A stretch of 64,000 bases of DNA from a virus (Duplodnaviria; Caudoviricetes), in IMG/VR virus record IMGVR_UViG_3300023174_003901, positions 32,001 to 96,000 of that record, one strand, 5' to 3'. A program made the position numbers and the translations under genes. Each line of letters starts with the position of its first letter. Position 1 is the first letter of the stretch. Shown here in pieces: positions 20,506 through 32,500 of the stretch. The notes under the pieces are model-generated. The model was not told the origin of the DNA. It saw nothing but the letters and a program-made list of their open reading frames with translations, and did not search any database.

Positions 20506-23500
20506 TGGCTATACGCACCGTTGATTTTTTACCTGATATATTTCAGACTACTCCTAACAAACAATTTTTAAATGCCACACTAGACCAATTGGTTCAGGAA
20601 CCTGCATTTAAGAAAACACAAGGTTATATAGGACGCCGAGTTGGTCCTGGAGTTAACCCCAATGACTACTATGTGTTAGAGCCCGATGCTACCAGAGCCA
20701 ACTATCAGTTGGAACCTGGGGTTATCAGCCTCAAGCCAGACACTGAAGAGATACAAGATGCTATCACATACCCTGGTATCACAGACGCCTTGGCTGTTCA
20801 AGGTGCCAACACTACCAAGAGTGATAGACTGTATACCAGTGAATACTACACCTGGGATCCGTTTGTTAGTTTTGACAAATTTGTAAATTACAGTCAGTAT
20901 TACTGGTTGCCAGCAGGCCCAGATGCTGTGGATGTTTATGCTACTGCAATACCTTTAACTGACAACTTTGCAGTTACTCGTACTAGCACAGCCTATGAGT
21001 TCAGTGGAGTACCCGGCAATAATCCGGTGATAACCTTGGTGCGTGGTGGTAACTATACATTTGAATTAAGTCAAACAGGCAACAACTTTTGGATACAAAC
21101 AGATCCAGGAGCAAATGGTCAATTACCTTATGCTCCTAACATCAGCAGTAGAGATGTACTAGGGGTAATCAACAACGGTGAAGATCTTGGCACAGTGAGT
21201 TTTTATGTGCCGTTCAAGAACGCACAACAATTCTACTATGATTTAACCAGCATCGGCAACGTAGACTTGTTGAGTGAGTTGAGTTACGATCAACTGAATG
21301 GAGTTTACCTTAGTGATATAATTGCTGACTACGGTGGCATAGATGGAATTACCAATCTCAACAACAAGACTTTGGTATTCACAACTTCCCCCTCTTTCCC
21401 AACCAACAACCTTTGGCAGATACAATACACTTATGATATAGACGGTTTGCCAATTGTTAACTTGGCACCTATTGCTACCATAAACACACTGACCAAATTT
21501 AATATTTTATTTGGTACCAAGTGGGCCAGTACAACATGGTATAATGACGCAAGCAGTGTGATCGTTGAAGTTCCTTTGTTGACTGCTATTAAAGATGTGC
21601 TATGGTATCAGGATGGAACCAATCCAGATATCTTTGGTCAGATTAGACTGATTGATCAAGCAGACAGTTCTACCATCAATGTTGTTACTGACATTTTAGG
21701 CAAGCAAAACTACACTAGTCCTAACGGTGTGGTGTTTACCAACAACCTCAAAGTGCAGTTTCTTGCACCAGTGGTACCAACCAGTTATGCCAATCAATCA
21801 TATTATGTGGCTGGGGTAGGCACGGCTATACAACTGTTATCTGTGACCAATTATGTCACTCCGGAAACCTATACTCAAAGTGCCACAGTACCATTTGATT
21901 CAACACCATTTGATGTGGGCAACTTTGATTCCAGCCTAAATCAACCATTAATACCTGACTACTTGACCATGGCGTTGGACTCACCAGATCTCAATGCCTG
22001 GAGCCGTAGTAATCGTTGGTTCCATATTGATGTAATCAATGCGTCAGCCACCTACAACAACACCACGCCAGTTCTGGACAATGCATTCAGAGCACGTCGT
22101 CCTATTCTGGAATTCCGCGGTGGTACCAGACTGTATGAAATGGGCACACAAGGCAAACAGCCAGTGGACATCATTGACTTTGTGACCACCGATGCCTTCA
22201 GTACCATTAATGGAACCGTGGGCTACGGAGTAGATGGATACACCTTCATTGCTGGAACCAGAGTTATTTTTGCTCGCGATACAGACCCAGATGTGAGAGA
22301 TAAAATTTATGTGGTTGAGTTTGTGACACTCAGCGACGATGGTAGTTCATTCTTGGAACCTGTTATCAATCTAGTGCCTGCGTCAGACGCTGATGTATTT
22401 GTTGACCAAACAGTGGTCTGTCTCAGCGGTACTACACTGCAAGGCATAAGTTTTTACTATGACGGAATACAATGGATTCGAGCACAGCAAAAGACCAGTA
22501 CAAACCAAGCACCGTTGTTTGATGTTTATGATAGCAATGGTTATAGTCTCAGCAACCCAGTGGCATATCCCAGTAGCACATTTGCAGGATCCAAGTTATT
22601 CAGTTATGCACTTGGTCCTGGCCTAGATGACACCGTGTTGGGATTTCCATTAAGGTATCTCAGCATCAACAATATTGGCGACATTGTATTTGATAACAAT
22701 CTCTATGCAGACACTTTCCTCTATGTCAAAGACAATGTGAGTCTTACAAAAAATATCAGCATAGGCTTTGTGAGACAATATGCCGATCGCACAATATATC
22801 AAAGAGAAATTGGTTGGCAAACAGCCGCAGTCAAGAGCAAGATCTATCAACAGTTTAGTTTTGTATATGCAGAGAATACTCCGTTGTTGTTGGATGTGGC
22901 AGCCCTGCCGGTGGATACTGTGCCCTCAGTCAAAGTTTATATAGATAGTACCTTTCAGGATCCGGGTACATATACCTATGTCACAACTAGCAATACCACA
23001 ACCATAACATTCCCTAGCACCACTGTTATTGTGCCTGGACAGATAATTGAAGTTTTGGTCTTGAGTGATCAAGCCAGTGCCGTGGCGTTTTATCAAGTGC
23101 CAATCAATCTTGAAAACAATCCGCTAAATCAAAATGCCGACAATCTTACGCTGGGTACTATTAGAAGTCATTATGACACTATTGGTCAAAACCTTGTTGG
23201 ACTTACGGGCAAGATTAATGGGGCCAACAACAGTCGAGACCTTGGTAATATCATACCGTTTGGATTGAATATACTGCAACAAAGTTCTCCAATGACCTTG
23301 GCTGGATATTTCTTGCGTAGTCCCAATTATAACATTTTTGCCAGTCTTGAATACAACTCTAGAGAGTACGAAAAATACAAAGCACAGTTGTTGAACACAG
23401 CAATCAGCAATGACTATGTGAATATGACTGTGCCTGAAATACTAACAGCAGTCATAACAGATCTCATTGCTGGACGCACAAGTTCAAATCCTTTCTACTG

Positions 23501-26500
23501 GAGTGACATGCTGCCTGGCGGCAATGTCTACACAGAATCAACCACTGTGGTTGGACCGATCACCGGCAACACATTTGACACTACACAGGTTTACAATTAC
23601 ACCTCAGCCAATTATTTGGGATTGTTGGTTTATATAAATGATCGCCTGCTCACCAGAGACATTGAATACGTAGTTTCTACTGATTCCTCAACTTTGACAA
23701 TCACAATTCCCCTGGTAGTAGGCGACACAGTGGTCATACAAGAATACGCAGACACTTACGGAACCTTTATACCTAACACTCCTACCAAACTAGGGCTGTA
23801 TCCTGCATATGTTCCTGAGATATATCTAGACACAACTTATGTCACGCCCAGACGAGTGATTCGTGGCCACGATGGTTCAATCACCGTGGCATTTGATGAT
23901 TTTAGAGATCAGTTGTTGCTAGAATTTGAAACTAGAATTTACAACAACTTGAAATTGGATGGCAATCCAATACCCCTTAACGCCACGGAAGTTGTGCCAG
24001 GACAATTCCGTACAACAGATTACACACTAGGAGAAATAACTGATATAGAAAGTCAGGATTTCTTGACCTGGGTTGGCTGGAATAAATTAGATTACAAATC
24101 TCAAGATTACTTGGCCAACAATGGGTTTACCTGGAATTACAGCACAGCCGGTAACAAACTAAGCAACAATGAACCATTAGTAGTGGGTGCCTGGCGCGGC
24201 ATTTACAATTATTTTTATGATACCATAAGCCCCAACACAAGACCCTGGGAGATGTTGGGGTTCACTGTGATGCCTGCCTGGTGGGAGGCCGAATATGGTC
24301 CTGCTCCTTATACTTCAGGCAACTTGGTTCTGTGGGACGACTTGGCTGCAGGTCTAGTAAGAGATCCTGTTGCACCTTATGTGTTGCCTCAATATGCAAG
24401 ACCCGAACTTACACAAGTAATCCCCTCGGGTAGCGAAGGTGCATTGTTACCACCTATTGAAACAGTTGTTGGCAACTTTAACAGCAACAATTTCCAAAGA
24501 AATTGGACTGTAGGCGACGATGCTCCTGTGGAAAATGCCTGGAGAACCAGTAGCGCCTATCCTTTTGCCATCATGCGAATGTTGGTATTAACACGCCCTG
24601 CAGAGTTCTTTAGTTTGTTTGCTGATCGTGACTTATACAAATACGATGCTGAACTTAGTCAATACCTCTACAACGGTCGTTATAGACTAGATGCCAATGG
24701 CATTGAAATTTATGGCAATGGAGTTAGCAAGGCTAGTTACATTGACTGGATTGTGGACTACAATCGCATAAGTGGAATCAATTCAACTGACGCACTCACA
24801 CTAGATCTTAAAAATCTTGATGTTCGACTGTGCTATAGAATGGCAGCCTTTACAGGTAAAAACTTATTAGAAATTTACACTGAAAAATCCAGCCCTAACA
24901 GTCTCAATTCAAGTTTGTTGTTACCCGACGAAAGTTACAATCTACTGTTTTACAAGAATGTGCCTTTTGACCAATTGACCTACAGTAGTATTATTGTACA
25001 ATCAACTGCAAATGGTTGGGCAGTATATGGTTACAGTACCACACAGCCTTATTTCAATATCTTGGTCAGCCAAGTCAACGGGGTGTTGGGTACAATCAGT
25101 GCTGGTGGATTTGAAGTTCGAGTTCCAGTGACCTACAGCAATCAAGTGGTGCAAGTTCCTTACGGATATACCTTTACCAACAGAACTTTGGTAGCAGACT
25201 TCTTGCTGAGTTACGGAGCATTGTTACAACAGCAAGGTCTAATATTTGACCAAATGGAAAATGGTTATCAACTGGACTGGAATCAGATGGTCAGTGAATT
25301 CCTGTACTGGAGTGGTCAAGGCTGGGCCGAAGGAAGCATTATTAATCTGAATCCTGGTGCAACACAAGTTATTGTAGAGCGTCCTGGAGCCATAGTTGAC
25401 AGTATTGCGTTACAAACCACAGAGAACATGGTATTGAATGCTGATCGTACCCCGTTTGCCACTAGGGATCTTGTGGTTGAAAGACTAGATAACACATTTA
25501 CTCTCAAGAGTCTAACAGCAGACACCATCAACTATTTTCAGATAAAATTCACGTCATATGAAAATATGATTGTGTTAGATAATGAAAGTATCTTTGCTGA
25601 TTTGATATATTATCCTGCCACAGGAGCCAGACAAAGTAGAATTAGAATGATAGGATCAACCACCGAGGAGTGGAACGGTCAACTGAATGCTCCAGGCTTT
25701 ATCTTGAATCAAGACAACGTAAAAGAGTGGCAACCCCTACGCAAATATGCTCGCGGCGAAATTGTCCTGTACAAAAATTTCTATTACAGCGCAGTTGACA
25801 TTGTACAACCCAAACCAAAATTTGATTTCAATGACTGGACCCGTAGTGACTATACCAGGATACAGCAGGGACTGTTGCCCAACCTGTCCAACAAGAGTGA
25901 TCAGTTGTCCAACACATACAATGTATACAATGCCAATCTTGAACTCAATCAAGATTTGTTTGCTTATAATCTAATTGGATTCAAGCCTAGAGAGTACATG
26001 GTGGCTCTCAACTTAGACAGTACCAGCCAGGTAAATCTGTATCGTCAATTTCTTGGAACCAAAGGCACTGTACGTGCCGCTGAAATTTTTACCTTTGCCG
26101 ATCTTGGGCGCGGCGTTAACGAATACCAAATTTATGAAAACTGGGCGGTACAACGTGGTGTATATGGTGCCAACGCCAACAGAAGTTTTTACGAGATGAG
26201 GCTAAATGAAGCACTGTTAACTTCTAATCCTAGCCTTGTTCAAGTGGTCATTCCTGGCGAATCAAGTCAGGCCGAACAAACAGTGTTACTAAGTGATCTA
26301 TGGAATCAAAGTTACAAAATAACTAGTCCCGACATTTTGACCACTATCCTGACTAAAATAACAGACACAGCCTTACCGTCAGCAGGCTATGTCAACATCA
26401 ACGACGTTGATATCACAGTGTTCGACATTGATAATACTGCTTCGTTGGCAGGAAACTTAAACAATGTTAATGTGGGATCCATAATATGGGTGGCCAAAAT

Positions 26501-29500
26501 TAATGACTACGACTGGAACATTTACAGAACAGCCCAGGTACCAGGAATTATCACACAGGTTGACACAAATCTTAATGGCACCGCGGTGCTCACTTTTAAT
26601 CAGGCACACGGATTAGTAGCAGATAATATTTTGTTGATCAAGTATTTTGGATCCGGCATTGATGGTGTGTATCGAGTTTTAAATGTGCCAAGTATTTTCC
26701 AGGTCACTATTGCTTTTTCTTTCTTGCAAACCGATCAGATTGTGGCCACAGGTACAGGAACCGCGTTTACTCTACAAACTCAACGAATTGCACAAGGCAG
26801 TGACATTATCACTCTGCCATATGTCAATGATTTGATTCCGGGCAGCCGCGCCTGGATTGACGACAACGGCGCAGGACTATGGCAAGTGGTAGAAAAACAA
26901 GAAGTCTTCCAGACCAGCGGACAACTCCAAGTAACAACTCCTGTGGCCAACAGTCAATTTGGCGCAAGTGTTGCACAGGCCCATGACAATTTGTTTGCAT
27001 TTGTAGGAGCACCTGGTTACGGCGATACTGAATCAGGCGCAATTTACACTTATGTAAGAACATCTCAAAATCCATTCACTCAAAACAGTATAATAGAGTG
27101 TAATAATCCCGGAGCATATGGATTTGGTTCATCAGTCTCAATTGGCTATCAAACCTGGGGTGCGGTGGGCGCACCTACCAGCATTGGATCAGATTCTAGT
27201 GCAAATTCTGGATATGTGGGCGTTGTTTATAAATTCCCAAATAGTCCCACTTTCACGTTGTCAACATTGTTAACAGTGCCAGATGATACTTACATAGATT
27301 CAGGCAGTGCATTTGGTACCAGTGTTGTGGTCAGTCCAGATGAACGTTGGATGTACATTGGTGCCCCAGGCATTAATCAAGTGTTTGCATATGGACAGGT
27401 AGAGATAGAAGAACAACTGGTTGAGTATGTGACTGACGGCATACAAAGCAACTATCTATACAGCAATGATATAATAATTGATTCTGGTGAGTATGAACAG
27501 TTGTTTGTGGTGCTCAACGATCAACTATTGACTTACATCACTGATTACACAGTAACCAGCACCACAGTTGTGTTAAATTCAACGCCAGTGGAAGATCTTG
27601 TGTTGCGTATTGGTCGACGAGTTTCTCAAACATTTACAGGTGACGGTAGCACAGTGGGATTTTCGTTGAATGAATATTTGTACAGTGCTATCAACATCTA
27701 TAGTTTTAAAGTAGACGTAGATGGCATAATTCAACGTCCCAATATAGATTATACATTTAATAACAGTACTAGAAATCTAACATTTGATTCTGCACACATA
27801 CCAACCGGCACAATCAATGTCAGTACACAAAGTTACTATACCTATGTTGAAACACTAAGTCCGTCTGGACTTGTTGGCGGAGAAAGATTTGGTCAATCAA
27901 TCAGTTGTTCCACAGATGGTAGACAAATCATGATTGGGTGTCCAAACGACACATATGATTCAGTTGCTGATGCAGGAGCAGTTTACATATATGATCGATC
28001 TGTCCAAAGATTTATTGTGACAGATTCTACTCAAACAGTATATGTGGCCAATATCTCTACGTCGTTGGTGTCGCCAACATCGGTTATTTTAAGTAATCAG
28101 TTTCTAACAAACACTGCCGGTAACCCAACAGGGCAATTTACAGTTACCGCTAACCCTTCAACTCCAACAGTTTATAATCAAATTACCTTGACCACCCCTG
28201 CCGCAGTGGGAGATATATTAGAAATTGATGTCAACACCTTTACTCTCCTCCAAGTAGTTGGGGCCAATGTGCCATTCCAAGGTGCAAACTTTGGTCAGGC
28301 CGTAGACCTTTGCGTCAATAACTGTAGTTTATACACCGGTGCACCTCAAGACAGCAGTGTTTTACCTGAAGCCGGGTTGGTAGACCGTCAAGTAAACCAA
28401 AGCAGAGTATATGGCATAACAACGTCAACTGTAAACGCCAGACTGAATCCAGGAAATACCATTAGAATAAACAACATGGAAGTGGCACTGAGTACACCAA
28501 CGGCCTGGAACAGTGCTCTAACTTACACCATTGGTACCATTGTTGAATACAATCAAGGTCTTTGGATTGCAATCAGAGCGGTACCAATAGGGACAGCATT
28601 GAGTGACACTGCTTATTGGCAGCCCAGCAGTTGGGGTGCCGTACTGGCTCAAGATATTAACTCTAGCACAGTTCCCAACGTGATTGCATATGCTGGCGCT
28701 GTTCCAGGAACGCAAACATTTGGATTGCTTACTATCAGCGTCAAGAACACAGATGCCGCAATACCTGGTAATAAGTTATCGGTGCTTCCTGGATTGATTG
28801 GCAACATTTTTCAAAGTCTAGTATTTGAAACATTTGTTTATACACAGACTATTAACAGTCCATACCCAGTGGCCTATGCTGGATTTGGCGGTGCTGTAAA
28901 CATTGATACTAGTGCTCTCACTCTTACTGTGGGCGCACCACGGGGTAACTTGTATCGCCCCACAACCTTTGATGCTGGACTCACATATTTTGACAGCAAA
29001 ACCACAATATTCAATGGCCCATTGATTCAAAGCGGTGCAGTATACACATACGATTACTTTGCCAGTGCAGAAAGTTCAGTTACAAATCCTGGCAAGTTTG
29101 CATTTGGTCAACAGGTGTATGACAACACAGTATCTAATTTAGACCAATATGGAGCATCGATCGACTACACTGGTGGTATATTATTAGCCGGTAGCCCCAA
29201 AGACGATCTTGGTGACAGTTCATTGATTGCTCAGGACTACGGAGCGGTTAGTATTTTCAATAACCCAGACCTATCACCTGCTTGGGTAGTAACCAATGTG
29301 CAACTGCCAGTGGTGGACATTTCATTGATCAACGGTGTATTCACATACGATCGTGTGACCAGTGCCAAGACTGCCTTCTTTGACTTTATTGATCCATTGC
29401 AAGGAAAAATACTAGGAGCCGCACGTCAGAACATCGACTATATTGGTGCAGTTGATCCTGCTGCCTACAACGTGGGTGCCAAGAACAACAACGGCAGAAT

Positions 29501-32500
29501 CTGGGCTGCCACACATGAAGGCGAGATGTGGTGGGACACTAATTCGGTAAGATTTATCGATCCCAATCAGGATGATATTGTGTATGCCGCACGTAGATGG
29601 GCACAGATATTCCCGGGCAGTAGTATAGATGTTTATCAATGGGTTGCCAGCACAGTTCCTCCTGCCAACTATGCTGGTCCCGGTATACCTAGAAATCTAG
29701 TCAACTACTGTGTGACCACTGGATTGAATATCACAGGAGTGTTTGGAACCACGTATTATTTCTGGGTCAAGAACATTGTTACAATCAACACTGCCATAGG
29801 TAAAACCCTCAGCCCAAGCGGGGTTGCAAGATACATTGCTGATCCTCGTAGTAGTGGCATTCCTTATGTGGCATTTGTGAGCCCCAGCGCCACTGCCATT
29901 TATAATGGAGCAGACCAACTCAGTGCATTTGATACTGTAATCAATATTGAATTCGACAGACAACTTACAGATGACAATGTTCACGTGCAATATGATCTGT
30001 TGCCACAAGATCGTGCAGATGGTTTCTTGCCTGACAATTTGTACCAAAAATTACAAGACAGTTTCTGTGGAGTAAACATCCAGGGCGCTCTTGTGCCTGA
30101 CCCTTCCCTGAGTCCAGCACAACGTTATGGAGTGCTATTCCGTCCACGACAAAGTATGTTTGAAGACCGGTTCCTGGCCTTGCAAAACTACCTAGAGTAT
30201 GTTAATGCAGTACTATTGCAGTTTCCTATATCAGAAATTAGAAACTTTAGTTTGTTAAACAGCAGTGAAGCAGAACCACAGGCAAACACCGGCGCCTGGA
30301 ACAAGCGTGTGGCCAACATTGAAGAACTTAGTTATCAGGACCTGGCCCAAGTTTCAGTGGGTTACAAGTATCTTGTGGCCAGTGACAGCACACAAAACGG
30401 TTCGTGGACAATTTACACTGTGACAGCAACCAAAACATTTGAGACTTTGTTTTTGAGCCGAGTGCAGAATTATGATACCAGAAACTATTGGGAGTATGTG
30501 ACTTGGTATCTACCAGGATACAATCCCAGCGTAAAAATCATTGCCGAGGTGGCCAATGTAGCCACTCTCGACACTCTTAGTTTGGCGGCTGCACCTGTGG
30601 GCAGTAGTGTAAAAGTCACGGCCAACAGTCAAGGTAAATTTGAAATTTATTTGAGAACCAACACAGGGTGGGATCGCGTGGGTCTGCAGGACGGGACCAT
30701 TCAATTCCTGGCAGAACTTTGGGACTACGCACTAGGACGTTATGGTTTTGACGTTGAAGTGTTTGATTTACAGCACTTTGATCAAGAACCTGTAACCGAA
30801 ACACGCAAGATCATACAGGCAATCAATGAACAACTATTGATTGGCGACCTATTGATTGAACGCAATCGTGCGTTGATTTTGATGTTTAACTTTGTACTAA
30901 GCGAATTTGAAGCACCTGAGTGGCTGACCAAGACCAGTTTGATTGATGTTGATCACAAGATTCGACAACTGGTCCCTTATCAAACATACCAAAGAGACAA
31001 TCAAGATTTTGTACTGAACTATATTCAAGAAGTCAAACCATACCATGTGCAGATACGTGAATTTAACTTGATCTACAACGGGTTTGACGTTTACCAAGGT
31101 AGTATGGCTGATTTTGATTTGCCAGCGTTTTACAACACTGCTGAAGTGCCCAACCAGTACATGAGTCCAATATTGACTCCGTATACTTTGAGCACAGCAA
31201 CAGGAACTGGACATCCCAGCACTTATAGTGATGTAGCACCCGACAGTACGCTATGGCAAACACAACCATACAGTTTTTGGTATGACAATCATACTCTCAG
31301 CATACAAAATGTTGTGATTGCTGATGGTGGCAGCGGATATACAGTAGCGCCACAACTCACTGTGACAGGCAACTGTGTTACCCAAGCAACCATGACAGCA
31401 ATTGTCAACAGCGCAGGTCAAATCAGTCAGGTAATTGTAGATACTCCTGGTTCAGGTTATATCAGCACAGCCATTGTCACTGTATCGGGCGGTAATGGAA
31501 CAGGCGGGCAAATTATTGCTGTGATGGGCAATAACTTGGTACGTAGTATCAACACCACTATCAAATACGATCGTTATCAGTATGTGAGCACTATCTTACC
31601 TTGGGAAGCCAATGTATCATACGACAATGGTACACAAGTGCGTTATGACAACCGAGTATGGCAAGCCGATAGTGGAGACAGTTCGCCGGTGCAATCTGCC
31701 ACATTTGACCCTGATCAATGGATACTGGTTGCAGCCAGTTCATTGAGTGGTGTTGATCGTACCATGGGCTTTTATGTGCCAGGACCTGACCAACCAGGAT
31801 TAGATTTACCATTGCTGATTGATGGAGTAGACTATCCTGGTGTGCAAGTCGCCGCACCCACGTTCTCTCAGAATACCGGCTTTGATGTGGGCAACTTTGA
31901 CATCAATCCATTTGACAACATCAGTTATGGCCCAGAAGGTCGCCCCACATACGATCCTGCCATATTGGATGCCATCTATGAAAGTTCTTTCCTTGATCCT
32001 TACCTGGGAACCCGAGCAACTGACATCAACGTGGATGGTGGTGAGTTTATTGGACCTTACGAAAGCCATGCACCTGAAGAATTGGTGCCATGTTCAATGT
32101 TTGATACCATGGACTTGCGTGTGTATTCGCGTCAATTTAATGTTTCTTACGGGGATGGCACTACCACCGGGCCTTACTATGCACCCACAGCATCATTGGA
32201 CGTAGAAGTAGCGGTCAACAACATTATAATTTCTCCTGATGAATATACTGTTGATTATGGTGATAGCACAACCGCGGCAGTTACTTTTGATACTGCTCCA
32301 GCATCGGGTGCTGTAATTGTAGTACTTGAATCTGATCCAATTACTGGTCTAGAATTACGTATCTTCCAAGACATGCGTGGAGTACAAGCCACCTACAGAA
32401 TGACTTCAGCAACTACCACTACATTGACTCAGACTTTGTATACAAACAGTGACATTGTATATGTGGCCGATGCTGGTGCCCTGGCAGCGCCCGATTTGGC

